Source: Vezdaea acicularis (Eukaryota). From it: a DNA stretch of 64,000 nucleotides. Shown in pieces: positions 1 through 13,322 of this stretch. Under the pieces are notes generated by a model that was not told the origin of the DNA, did not search any database, and was given only the letters and a program-made list of their open reading frames with translations. The translations under genes and the position numbers were made by a program. The stretch covers positions 62,001-126,000 of the forward strand of contig JAPEUI010000001.1 in NCBI GenBank assembly GCA_026025075.1. Reading direction: 5' to 3'. Each line of letters opens with the position of its first letter. The stretch's first letter is position 1.

Positions 1-551
1 ATCTTTCAAGCAAATTCACAGGACTCTGCCGATAGAAGAGAGCGTTGTCAAGCTATATGATTGGCCCAAGAGTGCATCCTGGTGCATAGGAAGAGGCCCT
101 TGAGCCGCACCTGACAACACACGACGAGCGAGCGAAACTAACTTTAGTGGGCTCTCAGCCTTACGAGGTACAAGCTGATGTTGGCTATCGACAGACAGAG
201 TTTTTCACAACTTTAGTTGAAAGGGTATTCTAATATCAGTCCCTTTCTGGATCCACTTATTTTGAATAATGCACTCCGCATAATCGGGTGCGCACATGGA
301 GATTCCACTGAAGACGAGCGGTAACTTTTGGCCGCTTTTGAATGTGAATGCACCATACTGACTGCTTACACTTTTCCTAAGTCCACTCAAACCTTCCCTT
401 CTTTGCCACCTATAAGCGTAGATAATGTGCAGAACGCAGTCTTGTCATGCCCCAAAACGCCAGAACTATAATGCAAAGAATCTCATTGATGCAACCCCCT
501 TCCCAAATATGCTTCAATCTCCAAACGCCTGTGTCCCGTATATGATTTCGC

Positions 552-1841
552 TCAATCCCGAGCCATACGCTCCACTAGCCTGAAAACACTGACGCCAAAT
601 GTCAAAATCCACGCAACCAATACAATAAGCAATACTCCGCCTAGAGTCTTTTGCCTGCTACAGAGTTCATTGTTTTTATGGTTTCCAGGAGAATCCAGTG
701 TCTTTTCGTTTGTGCAGCCCCATCTTGTGTCCCATAATGCGTCCATCGCAAGGCTCAAATTTGCAGACATGAATACGATGAAGAACAAGTCGAGAAAAAT
801 AAGCCTCATTTTTGCTCTTGGGGACCGAAGGCCTAGCGGTTTTCCAGAGTATTCATCATAAGTGATGTATATTGTGTAGAAAAGAGTGATGGTGTTGACT
901 ACTATAGCCATCAACGTTGAGGCCCGTTGCGCGTAGAAAAACTTTCGGGAGAGAACCCAGATAGATCCTGCCAACGACATTGCAATGAGAGAAAAGCTCC
1001 AGATGATCGTTCGGAAAAGTAGAGGAACCATGGGATTTCGTAGAAGACCTTGCTATAAGGGCGTCAGAATGGATGACATGCTTGCAAGATTAGCAGAAAG
1101 AACTCACTCGAAATCCTATCCAGCGGCCTTGTGTCCTTGACCTCCTCCCAATATGGTTACCATGCTCATCCAATTCTCGGTCACCACCACGCCAAGGTGC
1201 CTCAAGATCGGCCATGTTATCCTTCAACCATTCCTCATTCACAATTTTATGGGGCTCCCCCGATAGAGTTGGGTTTGCAGTTATTCTTGCAAAATCTTGC
1301 CATTTTGAGACGGAGTCGCCGTATAATTTGCTTGTAATTACCGGTAACCGTTCACGAGCAGCGTCGTGCTTCCTACCAGGCTCTGGCTGCTTCCGTCCCA
1401 ATGACCCAATGGGAAGAAAATTATGCTGCGCGACGTGGGCGTGATCGGGCGTCTCTGGATGGCTATCGGTTGGACTACCACGTAAAACGTCGTCGATTTC
1501 ATACGAGGAGATCCATGCTAGGCAAATGTGAGCTCAAGCGTCCATATTCATTCTCCATGATTGTCCTCACGTGGTAATGTTCTAACCAAAGGTCGAACTG
1601 ATCTGGGTCCTCTCACACCACTCCCTTGAATAGAAGATGATGGCGACAGAAAATCTGACATTCCTGTACTGTGCATGTCTATGGGCGGAAAGTATCCATT
1701 TTGTTGTCCCTCCTCGGATATCTCAGCCTCAGGCACAGGTGGGTGGAATTGTATATGGGGAATTTGTCCTTTCGAGGCTTCCTCATTTTTCGGTGGTGAA
1801 GGGCTTGGAGTATGGCGGCCGATAAGTTCCGTATGTCCCAT
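552..1841 (-). CDS. SRF1: Regulator of phospholipase D Srf1-like membrane protein (3 exons)
   Basis: Manual splicing joins ORFs 1548-1841, 1090-1401 and 552-1031; intron 1 restores VRTLPPWI. The C-terminal 4-TM region contains YDEYSGKPLGLR..AKMRLIFLDLFFIVF.SANLSLA, typical of fungal Srf1. Confidence 0.8.
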
Positions 1842-2234
1842 CTTGAGCGCCGCAGAAGTCGAGCTCCAGGCTCAAATGTTTTTCTAGCACTGCACTTGAC
1901 AGATTGAACATTTTACGATATTCAATCTGTCAACAGATATTAGATGCCTGGAAGTCAGCCTTAAGGCTGTCGGAGAAGGGGGTTTGCCGCGCATGATGTT
2001 CGGAGTAAAGCCGGATTATTTGGAAGTCTGCAAGTCACCGAAACAAGGCTAGCTTCTCCTAGGCGGTGACGTTAGACAAAGATCCCTGTTTAACCAATTG
2101 CAAAAGTGCATAATGCATTGCTTCTTCTGAGAACCCACCGACAACCTCTAGAAGGATGCATTAAAAATCAGACCATCCAGTGGATTCCGATCTCCGCCAC
2201 CAGGGCGCGTGCCATTCTTTCGCCTTGTCCGATA

Positions 2235-3202
2235 ATGCGCCTCTTCTTAGTACCCGTTTCAAAGCATCGTACCCTCATATATTGCCAGAGACTTAAGGTT
2301 TCTTCGGCGGAAAGGGAATCATACGCAAACCGCATAAGCGCTAAGGCGGCGCAGACATGGTTACAATGGGAAAAATCCGAGACAGGGTGGAAGAAGAAGG
2401 TTACAAATTACGGCAATAAGGCCCTGCAGAGGATCGCATTTGAAGAATGGGGCCTGAAATCAATACCGCCTCTTACAGCAAAGCGAAAAGAAGAATATTC
2501 GACGGGAAAGAGGACAGAGGTTCTATTTCCTACATCAAGGATACAGGCAGGTAAGGTCGGAGAAATTCTGAAGCAGCTTGGGACGGAGAGGCAGGCATTA
2601 CATAGGAGATTAATGTGGTGGAGTATTGGCGGAATGCCAATATCGGCGCCTGTGGCCCTTATACCGATGTGAGATATATGCGCGAATGCCTACTGCCACT
2701 TGCTGCGGTTTGAAGACTAACTCCTTGCCCGCTCATAGCATACCCAACCTTCCTTTTTTCTATCTTGTATTTAGAGCATGGTCGCATTGGAGAGGTGTGC
2801 ATCCCTCTATTATTAGCATTTTCCGCGACTGACTTTCCCAAAGCGCTTAGAGGGTCGGAGCATGTAGAATTCCTTGTCAGCAAGAACCTATTAGACCCAA
2901 CGCCATCAGCCTCTTTGGATGTAGTTTATCCAAAGGACCAAAAAACGCAAGGGGGGAAGACTTTACCTGGATCGGTCCAGGCGGACAAAACACCTACCCG
3001 AGATGTCTTGCTTCTCGACCCACAAAGCGGGAAGAAAATTGCAGAGGCGCTGCAAGTACCGGAGCTAGCTGTCGAGATAGAGAGGGCCGTTCATCAAGTA
3101 GAAGCGTCTATTAAAGCGGAGATAGAGCTAAATGATGAGAAGCAGAGCATAGCACGTGCGACGAACTCCGCAGCTGAGCCTGTGGATAAGGGCTCAAAAT
3201 AG
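2235..3202 (+). CDS. Mitochondrial K+/H+ exchange-related (Mit_KHE1 family) protein (3 exons)
   Basis: ATG 2235 begins MRLFLVPVS..RTLIYC. Contains RIAFEEWGLKSIPPL; splicing restores P.IPNLPFFYLVFRAWSHWRAL.GSEH. Two canonical introns. Confidence 0.8.
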
Positions 3203-3338
3203 AGCATTGAGCTAGCACTGACGAAAAGGCTCCCTAGAAGGGTAGCATGTATATTCTAGTGTAATGATATTATCACTACATGCAAAAGCGTATTTGGTCG
3301 TTGGGGACAAGCATCAAGGTGTTTAAATTCCGAGTGTG

Positions 3339-4668
3339 CTATCTTGCCCTCTTTTCATTCTCAATCTCGCGCCGTATGGCTTCCAGCACATCTTCCCTTG
3401 TTCGCAAATGGCCTTCTAGGCCATTTACTTGCTCCCGGACAGTCTCTATCTCTGAAGCTACCTCCTTCAAGCTTGCACCAATCTTGCTCTTTCCTTCTCC
3501 CTGCTCTAGTTCCCTTAGCTCGCGCCTTTTGTAGTCGAGCAATTGCTCTAACTCGCGTTTCACTAATGCCGGCTTCGAGTTATCACTTCGTCTGCCAGAA
3601 CGTTTTGAAGCCGCGGCCTCTACGGTATCTATTTTTGATTCGAGCTCTGCAAGCTGCTTCTTCAACCGCACCTCTTCCCAGTCATCCGTCGTCGTTGTTT
3701 GCGAGAAGTCCGTTCCAGAAGGTCTGTAAGTGCTTCGGCCACCTACGCCAAGCCTGTTCAGATACGTGTCACCGAACTTAGCTTTTCGGCCTGTGCTTGT
3801 GTCATCATCTCGTCGCACACCCCACCTCTCAGCAGGCGAAGCTGATTTGACCCGGTCTACTTGGTAGTCAATCTGGTTGCGCTCAAAGCTTGCACGTAAT
3901 GAGGCAGGCACTGTACGCGGGATGCGGTAGCCTTCATGTCGATTATTTAGGATGTGGAGAAAAGCTAAAGTAGCATCTTTGGAAATTTTGGGGGATGCAT
4001 TGGGGTTTATGAGATTCCAAGCAGAGCGAATATCTGTATCTGGTACATCTAATGAAGCGTAGAGAGGGTCGAGAGAGTCAACTGCGGTGGTCAGCAGCCG
4101 GGTAAACCACCTCATAACGGTATTGAAAGCTTCTCACATCTTATTTCGCCTTGGCCATCTTTATTAGCAGAATAGATCTCTTCATATTTTGACCTATCTC
4201 CTGGCCTCATATACCAATCGAATCCGTCCTTCAGCCCCAATCCATCTGAATCGTCTTCTTCAACTCTTTCAAACTGGGATTCTTTTCCTGAGAGTGCGCG
4301 AGAAGCTTGCACAAGATGTGCTTTCGACTCGGGCACAAGCCAGTCCGGTAATGAGTGAGGAACATCGCTGTATTCCTATCCGTGCAATGTCAATCCTGTT
4401 TCTCGAGACAGTTGGAGGAAGTTCCTACTCCGTTCACAAGATCATATATGAGTCTCATGGCCACGCAGAACTCCTCAAAATCCAAGCTTCCATCATTATC
4501 TACATCGGCCAGATCCCAAACTCTTTCCAATTGATCATCTCGTAGCTGACTGTTTTTCAGCACCAATGCTGCTTGATCGCCAGTGAGATGAGAGGCTCCA
4601 TTTGCCAGAGAAGAGAAGATCTCCCAATATCGCTCTACCTCCCGCTGCTCAATCTTCTTTCCAGACAT
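3339..4668 (-). CDS. END3: Actin cytoskeleton/endocytosis EH-domain protein End3 (3 exons)
   Basis: N-terminal EH domain ([27 protein letters not shown]), then [21 protein letters not shown] and [14 protein letters not shown] coiled coil. Confidence 0.92.
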
Positions 4669-5342
4669 GTTGTAGTGCAGATCAGGTTAAATTTATATTG
4701 AATGCGGGTATGCACAATGATAGAGTTCGGCTTTCGAGGCTCACGCGACGGCAGGTCTGGCCGCTCGAAGCGCGTCCCGCAGCCGTACACTTTGCTGTCG
4801 AATCAACTTTACGCGACGCAATCTGTACGAGCTTTTCCCATGAACAAGCAGTAGGATCAACCTGAGGTTGGCCGCGTTCGCGTGCAGTATCTTTCAAGCT
4901 TCCGACCAATTTCCTCGGCTTGTATGTCGACAAGGTATCGAACAAATAGAAATCACCCACTGTCCGAACGACCCAGGGGGATCCTCTCAGTCGTTCCCTG
5001 CTACTCCAACTATTGAACAGTCGATGTAAAGGGTATCACCTTGTACAGTGAATGGAGCTGCATTCTTGTATGACGACACAGCGCACCTTCTCCGCACGAC
5101 TCCTTGACGGACACCTTTTCAATGGATCCGATCGCTCCAAACTGTGCATTTCGCGGACAATCGCCATGGAAAGACGATCTAAAACTGCACGATATTAAGG
5201 TTTGGGCATGGAGCGACCTAGGTCAATGCTTTCATCGCCGTCTGTCAAGCCAACTCCCTAGAGCGAGCGGGCGGGGTTCTTCTCCACAGCGACATTCGAC
5301 CCCACCTCTCGACGAAACCCGCCTCACTACGTAGATGGGATC

Positions 5343-5349
5343 TATAAAA
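5343..5349 (+). promoter_or_regulatory. Putative TATA box of the carbonic anhydrase gene
   Basis: TATAAAA about 220 nt upstream of ATG 5564, followed by a CT-rich tract. Confidence 0.4.
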
Positions 5350-5563
5350 CCTAGTGATTTGCCCCGAACCCAGGAAAGATTCTTCTCCCATCTCTTTCAC
5401 CAACTGAGATCCTTGCTCTACTTCTTTACTATAAGTCTGCTGTTATCCTTACCGGCCCGATTAGCTATCGATAAGCTGGTGCTCTTTACCTGTTGTAGGA
5501 CGCAACACAACGTAGTTCATCTTGTTATTCCTAAGCATTCGAAAATCCGAAATACAATAGGAG

Positions 5564-6268
5564 ATGGGGTCCACGGTTCCCAAACGTAAGTAATCCTCCT
5601 ACTAAACCAATCCAACTCGCAACATAACACTGGTTTCAGACACGATCTCATCCCTCATTTCCTCCAACGACCAATGGGCGTCCCACACCCATACATCTCA
5701 ACCGGACCTCTTCAAGAGCTGCTCTGAAGGCCAGGCGCCCGAAATTCTGTGGATCGGATGTTCCGACTCGCGAGTCTGCGAAACGCAGCTTCTCCGTCTT
5801 GGACCTGGTGACGTCTTCGTTCATCGTAATATCGCGAATGTACTTTACCCGCAGGACATGAGCGCCAACGCGGTAATTGAATATGCTGTGAAGCACCTGA
5901 AGGTTAAGCGGGTGATAGTTTGCGGGCATGTGTCGTGTGGCGGGGTCGCCGCCGCGCTGGGAAATAGTACTCTGGGAGGCGTATTAGATGGATGGTTGGC
6001 GCCAGTTAGAACTCTGCGAAAGGAGAATTCGAAGCTGCTAGAGGGGTTAGGTGAGAAAGACAGGGCTCTTAGACTGGTCGAGCTGAATGTCAAGAGAAGT
6101 GTGGGCGTCCTGATGGAGAACAAGGCCGTGATTGATGCGATCGCAGATAGGGGACTCGAGGTCCACGGTTGCATTTATGATGTCAGTACAGGGAAGCTCA
6201 GGGATTTGGATATCAAGGAAGAAGAGGAAGAGATGTCGAAGAGAATCAAGGCATTTGAGCTTCGCTAA
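5564..6268 (+). CDS. NCE103: Beta-class carbonic anhydrase, Nce103-like (2 exons)
   Basis: ATG 5564, then intron GTAAGT...TTCAG. The spliced protein has WIGCSDSRV, FVHRNIAN and CGHVSCGG zinc-ligand motifs. Confidence 0.92.
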
Positions 6269-6440
6269 GACACTACTCGCGACAAGATTTGGTAGGAATT
6301 CAAGCAGTTCTCCAAGTTTCTGCTAGAGCGTACATGTCCCATGCTACCCATGCCCATCCCTTACTCGCTAGACTATGTAGATAAGAGTACAATATCGAAT
6401 ACAATGGTATGCAGCGCAGCCACATATAACAGGTTCACGT

Positions 6441-9400
6441 TCATTCATCCTCTCCCTCTGCATCCTCATCGCCCATTTCAACTTCGACCTCAAGTTTTCC
6501 GCTGAGAAACACCTTACCCTTCCCTTTTCCCTTGCCTTTGCCTTTGCCTTTCCCTTTCCCTTTGCCCTTTGCGTCACGTCTGACATCGCCCTCCCATGCA
6601 CTCTCTTCATCTTCCTCCTCATCGTCTCGCTTCATTTTTTGGGCCAGGAGGCTTCGCTTTTTCTCCCGCTCCCGCTCTCGTCTCTCCCGTTCCCGGTCTC
6701 TCTTTCTGATCGACCGGGCCGAAGTGCTCAGACTCCTTTTCGCACCCCCTATTGGCCGGCCCCTATTCCGTCGCGGATTTGCACCTGATAGTAGCGGGAA
6801 TATCTCGAAGCGGGTTGGCGGGATAACGGATTGAGCCTGTGGTGTGTGAAATCCATTGGATTTGGAGGTGTTGCGAGAGTTGGAAGGAGCTTGCATGGGA
6901 GAGGGAGTTTGGACAAATGATGTAAGAAGAGCGAGGTCTTTGGCAGTAGTTGGGAATGGAGAGGCCGCGGGAGTATGGCCTTGAGACCTAACGCCATTCA
7001 TAGCAGCTTCTAAAGGCGAAGGGGTATCTAGAAGGTCGGCAGGCCGCTGGGCTCGTGCTATGGAGAGATCCTTACCACCAGGGCCCTTGGTTAGGACTAC
7101 CTTGCCGCTGCCTTCCTCAGCGCCCCTGCTCTCTCCAAATGTCACTTCATTGCCATTCGTTGACTTTGAGACGACTTTGGTGACATTTTCTTCTTGCTCG
7201 TCTTCCTCTCGAGGCGCAACTGTTGCAAGGGCTGGCGCTTGATTCCAAATCGCAAGGTTCGTCCTACCCATTATGTAAGGAGTCCACACGAGAGCATCTT
7301 CGTCTAGCCTTACGTAGCTTTTCTTCTCCCAGTTGGTGGTGTACTGCTTGAAGAACTCGTAGTCAAGCCGCAAGGCATAGGTGCCGGTGATGGGGTCGCG
7401 CACTAGAGCCCGGAGACCTTCGAGTGCACATACAATGTCGTCAGCGGTCATCCCAGTTTGTGTACTAATATCTGTAATGCTGAGGGGTGTGTGGCGGGGG
7501 TGATTCTGTAGCTGGTAACACATGACGAGGCGCCAGTAGTTTCTATACGAGACAAGGCCCATATCACTTAGCGGCTTTTCCGGGCTACCTGTCTTTTCTT
7601 CCACTCGGGTCAATAAGTATGAGAAGTCTATTAAGAGATTGCCATAGCCTTTTCTCTGGTGGATTGGAAGGGTCAAAATGCAAGAGACATTGTTTTGGCT
7701 GGCGGGCCGTTTCTCTTTTGAGAAATATCCAACAAAGTGGCAGCCAAGTTCATCGTACTCGGTCATCACATAGAAGAGAAAGGGCTCCACGTCGTAATAC
7801 AGCGTTTTGCTCCCAAGGAAGAGTTTTGCGAGAAGACAAAGATTTTGGCAGTAAACTGGGTTTTTCCGTCCATCAACTTCAAAGACCGATATGGAGTTTG
7901 ATCGATAAATCTCGTCGCCAGGTGGATGTTTTGCAGGACATTTGAGCTACGCTTAACGTGAGTATATGATCGATAGGATAAATACTCCGGGAACTTACTT
8001 TATGGCGCCATGCAACATATTCTGAATTCATGTATTTGAGACAGAACTCACAAATATATAGTACTCGGTTGCGGCTATACTCCTCTGGGTAAGGTGCTGC
8101 GTACCAAGTGTCGATTTCGAAGCCGCCAAAATTGATGCATTCAATCTTACTCGCAGGTCCAGCAACTTTACGCGAAGGGGATGCCGTTTGACTGTTTATT
8201 GCTTTCTGCCGCCATTCTTCCTCAGCTTTCTGTCTAGCATCCTCAAATCTCTTGCGATCTATAGCTTGTGGAAGCGTCCTTGATGTGTCCGCATCATGCT
8301 CGTCCAGTATACCGCCATAGGGCTTAGACTTTAGCTCATCATTTTCTCGTTCGTTGAAAGAATAGAAAGGGGTTGCGTAATTAGTAGCTGAATATGGAGT
8401 GGGGAAAAGATGAGTTGATCGTCGCTCTGACGCCCGGTCCCGAGTCTTCTCTTTTCTTCTTTTGGATTCTGATGATAAAATTCTGGTTACACTCGATGGC
8501 TCCAGGCGGAGAATCAATTTCAAGCTCCTACGCCCCTTTTTCTGTACTGATACCAAGGGTTTGTCATCTTCCCCGAGTCGCCGCGGCCGCACAGATCTTG
8601 TAGTAGAATGTGGCGAACTCTCCATTTCACTGACTTTGACTTCTTCGTCCTCGTCCTCGTCCTCATCTTCTAGGGCTTCTGCTTCTTCTTCATTACTACT
8701 GGCATCAGATGGAATAATCGCCTCTGATTCTGAGCTCGTATCCTCCTTCTTGCGAGGTCGTTTCCGCGCTGTGGAGCTAGACACTTGCTCAACTTCTTCA
8801 GTTGATGCCTTGCGTTTGCGTAGTAATCGAGAGCCATCCATAGGATCATCATTGACAATAAGTTGATTAAATACGGAATGGGAGTCTGGCTTCACAGCGC
8901 CTCGCTGAGCAGGAAGCAAATCTCTAGTGAGTTTCGGTGCCGATGATCTCCGACGAGCCGCGGTATCTCCTTCTACATGAGCAGGGTCTTCTTCCAGCCC
9001 ATTCTGGATGCAACCTTGGCATCTCCACTTTCGAGAGTCTGTGCTTTCTGATTAGACTGTATATTGTTTAAGAGCCACAGTTATGGCATTAAGAAGCCGT
9101 ATAAACTCACCTGCCTCCGGCTTGATGGCATTGTTATTCCGGGCGCATTGCCGATGGGCTAGACCGAATGATTTTGTTAGTAATTTTGGTATCTAGAGAC
9201 AAGAAAGCGCCCTTCCCTACCGTTGTCACCGCAGACAGCACACGCTAAATATTCTTCGTACTCCTCGCTTGGATCGTGGTCTTCGTCCTCGCCGCAGAAT
9301 CTAGTTCTACAATTAGCTTTATGCTTCGAAATCCGATTGCTCAACGTACACGCAGCGATTTCGACTTATGTTATCGCCCCCTTCTTCCTCCTCTTCTTCT

Positions 9401-9885
9401 CCCTCTCCACCCTCACTAGCAGCCTCCCATTCTTGTTCTATCTCCGATTCTGCCGAGCCAGAGTTTGAACTGGCACTGCTACCTTCAGCTTCTGATAGAA
9501 CGCCATCGTCTTCGTCTTCGTCATCTTCATCGTCTTCTTCTTCCTCTTCCTCCTCCTCACTGACAGTTGTTTTCCTACCATTAGGGATTTTGACAGGCCC
9601 TACAGGTTCTCCACCATCATCATCATCATCCTCCTCCTCTTCACTGCCAGACTCTTCACTTTCTTCCATGACATCGCGACCTGACTCCTGATCGCTATCA
9701 TCTGCAGTTAGTGGTAAGGTCATATCCACTTCAACTTCCTCACCATCAGCATCTTCATCGGAAAGGCCAATCTTCTCCCTTATTTCATCCTCATTGCCAA
9801 AGACGACATCTTCGTTGAGGATCACAGCCTCTCCCTCTGGTGCTGTGGCAGTACCTTTCCCTCCAAGTTGTTGTTCCAACTCCAT
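6441..9885 (-). CDS. SAS3: MYST-family histone acetyltransferase Sas3 with PHD finger (multi-exon)
   Basis: Acidic N-terminus; PHD-type Cys/His pattern over small exons at about 9000-9370; EIDTWYAAPYPEEYS, YICEFCLKYM, QRKGYG and GSPEKPLSDMG motifs. Start at MELEQQ (9885) is inferred. Confidence 0.88.
6511..6570 (-). repeat. Coding (GK)n hexamer-like repeat in the SAS3 tail
   Basis: CCTTT(G/C/T) units on the + strand encode KGKGKGKGKGKGKGKGKGK. Confidence 0.85.
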
Positions 9886-10560
9886 CTCCGAGGGATAAAA
9901 GTCGACCGCCCCCGCCGCCACCACATGTGCAGTAGTTGTCGCCAGCTTCAAGAAGGCGTTACCAGCCACAACTACACCTGACGCTCCTCCTGGGTGCTTC
10001 CTCTGACCATTAATCGAGATTCAGCAGAGTCGGCTGTTGCCGCTCTCCAAACTTCTACAAATAAGATGTGTATTTCTTTAAATCGGCGCTGTTACGTATT
10101 AAGGCCAGAAGAAGGATTTCAAAGTAGCCTAAAGTGTCCTATGAGGTCTGAAAGTTTAGTAGCTGGGCGAAGGTGGCAGACGCCGCGTGAACTTGGATGA
10201 AAAGCTTGCGCTGACGCTTTGCAGCACACCAAAGGGTGGAATAAGTACAACAATCGAATGAGGTTGTTGATATAAGATGCCCGACGCGTAGAAAACATGT
10301 GAAACACTCTCTTGGTTGCAGGGTGGTTCACCGTTTCGTGTCCCAAACTTTGGGCCCCCTTTGGTGGTGGTTGAGAAATACCGCTTAGTCATCAGCGGTC
10401 AGAGCTCGGCTCGTGATAAACCACGGTTGTCCGTATGTAAAACGCAGAGGCCTTCCTCTTCGAAATATTGGATGGTCATACCTTGTACGTTCGCCAATCG
10501 TTGCACTCAACATGGGCATGGTTGAAATTTTATTGACTTTGTAGACTCACGTTCGTCAAA

Positions 10561-11032
10561 ATGGGAGTTCCCTTTGAAGCACTATTGCCTTATGGGATCA
10601 TGATTGGCGTTCGTCTCTACAGTGCCCATCCCCTTGGAATGATCTATTCACTAACAACAAAAGATGTTTGCCTTTACAGGTGCTGGTCTTTCGGTGGTGA
10701 GGCACATGCAAAATGGGGGGAAACGGGCAAGACATTCCATCGATCAGTGGGATAGAGTAAGCTAAACAGATCACTACGGCGAGAGAGTGCGGACTGACCT
10801 CCAGAGCAGCAAAGTAAGCCCATCTCATTTTTCTCGAAGACATCAACTTAACGGTAGCAGTGATGGACAGAGATCGACGGTTGACAGGATTTCTGAGGGG
10901 TCAAACGGATGATCCAAACCCCCCTGAAGGATTTGAGTTGAACAATCCATGGAGAGTATGTCTAGAAGCCTCCCTCAAACTTCAAAACGCTGTTGCTGAT
11001 GGAAATTCAAGCTTGAGAAGCGGTATTATTAG
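10561..11032 (+). CDS. NDUFA1: Complex I accessory subunit NDUFA1/MWFE (5 exons, including a 4-nt microexon)
   Basis: Spliced product is MGVPFEALLPYGIMIGMFAFTGAGLSVVRHMQNGGKRARHSIDQWDRQMMDRDRRLTGFLRGQTDDPNPPEGFELNNPWRLEKRYY, with canonical introns. Confidence 0.88.
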
Positions 11033-11163
11033 GACGTCAAATAACCTATGTCTGTATGTAGATATTTCAAGGCATTAGAATATGGTATTATTTCCAAACC
11101 CCGATTGTCATTCGGCGACAAATACCCAAAATATAGATCGAAATCTTGAACCATTTATGCAAC

Positions 11164-12938
11164 TCAAGATCCCACACTCTCGACTTCTACAGCAGAATCA
11201 GCTTTCTCCATCCCTCCACCTTCATGAACCTGCTCGAGCCTTATCACAAGCTTGTTCCCTTTAGGGCCGCCCATGTATCCTTGCTCCGGCTCTATGCCTT
11301 CAGCATCTACTATCTCCGTCGTAAATGCTCCATACATAACTGCGATGATCATCTTCATTTCCATCAGCGCAAAATTGCTTCCGATGCACATTCGGCCACC
11401 GCTACCAAAGGTCCATAACCAGCGACTTGCTTCTTCTTTAGTCTTGCCTACGCTCATAGCGAGTTCATTATCAATCCACCGATCAGGCCGGAAGTCATCG
11501 GCAAAAGGCCATACAGATGCCCGGTGAAGGGCGTATGGACTTGCAGATACCCGAGTCTTAGCAGGTATGAAATATTGCCTCTCATCCGGAGGTCCTAGTA
11601 AGCAGCCGTCTGTAGGGGCGATACGAGGTTGAGGACCGGGAATTGGTGGCCTCAGACGGAGTACTTCCATTACTACTGCATTTAGACATGGTAGCTTGTC
11701 CAGGTCACGCAATGCAGGTAAAGAGCTTGTAGGATCAACAGGCAGTGACAAGAGCTCGCGACGAAGGAGGTTCTGAAGAGGAGTCTTCTTTGAGAGGTAG
11801 TAAGTGAGAAAGGTGAGCGCAAACCCTGTCGTCTCATGGCCGGCAGCTGCAGAAGTCAGTCCTAGAAGTCATTCATTCTATTCGGAACGTCATACCAAAT
11901 TGGTCAAGAAGCTCACTAGCGATTACCCTTTGGCGCAACCCCACTCCATCTTTGGTTGTCGATTCAGTAGCTGCCACTCCAACCTGCTTTTCAAGGCCCT
12001 CTCGAAGAGCCCGATACACCACAGGGTTTTGGCCTGGCTCGAGGGAGCGCTTTTCGCCATCATCCATTAATTTAATGGTCTCCTCCGTCCTGTCGCATAT
12101 CTCTAGCGACCATCTCTCAATTTTCGCATTGGCGACATCAACCCAGCGCGGAACAAATCTATATCCAAACCGCCGAGCCCATTTTGTGAGTTTCGGCAAT
12201 TCCTGGGGCCAAAAGGTGAAACGGGGGTTCTTCCGACTTTGATAACGCTTCAGCCAGTTCTTCCGAGTGTCTTCGTCATCAAGAAAATTCGTTGAGTTGT
12301 GTAATCCAAAAATATAAGCCGTAATAAAATCCATAGCTGTCGAATTGAAGATCTCCAATATCTCGAGTGGCTGAGAAGTCCTAGCATGTCTCTGTAAAAT
12401 TGGTAAAAACCGGCCGTATAAGATTTCAGAGCTGATTGCTTGGAAGTCAGCAGAGGAGTGGAGGTATGATTTTGAGTAGACATGGGATTGGAGCCGCTTT
12501 CGCGCAGAATGTGGTTTTGAATGGATTGTAGAGAACATATTCGGAACGCTGTGTAAGGCGTCAGAATCTTAAACTTGTAACGGTCATTATTTATTATATC
12601 TACCCATAATTGTTGAAGATATAAGAATACCAAGGGTGCTTGTCAAAACCCCCACTGTAAACTGTACGTATGCCGCCCTCGATGCAGTTAACGCTGACCT
12701 CCGTCGGGCTTAGTCTGATAACAGGGCCATGTTTTTTATGAGCCCTTTCGATAACGATATTCTCGTCGCCTTTCCAGCGATGCCAGAGTATCCATATTGA
12801 GGAAATGCTAGCTGTGGTATGCGCATTTGGGAGCTCGCGCAAGGGAGATATTATTATGGGATGAATAATGCGAGAGTATATCAACTCTGCCGCTACAAGG
12901 AGTATAGCCCATAGCCAAGGTTTATTGACATTTGACAT
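11164..12938 (-). CDS. Cytochrome P450 monooxygenase (3 exons)
   Basis: N-terminal TM anchor, I-helix AGHETT, EVLR (ExxR), FRPDRW (PERF-like) and heme motif FGSGGRMCIG. Confidence 0.93.
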
Positions 12939-13322
12939 ATTTGGGCTACGGAAAGAAACCAGTAACAATACACACAGACGAGTGGAATAGATAGCGGGAA
13001 CATTGCGCCGAAAAATTCCCAAATCGTTTCAAGCTTCTTGATGATGAACTTGCGATTGATTGGCTTTCTAAATTACGCTGCATAGATCACACCGTCACCA
13101 AAGCTGACGATTCTGCATTCAAATTGTAGCTTACTTTTGGCTGTATTGTTCTCATTTTTATATGGATATTTGTCATGACCGTCGTGCACATGCAACTGCT
13201 TAACATCATGACCCTTAGTGCATCCTCATTCTAGCGAGCATGTCACTGTAAATGCCCAACCTCTCCAAACGAACAAAAGAACACTTGCTTTACACTGCCG
13301 ATCTGCAGCGGATCTGCTATCT

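Noticed and set aside
1..420. Gene fragment at the window start
   Set aside because: Only short frames without recognisable motifs; a call cannot be supported.
11164..12938. P450 as part of a secondary-metabolite cluster
   Set aside because: Flanked by NDUFA1 and SRP40, with no PKS, NRPS, terpene synthase or transporter nearby.
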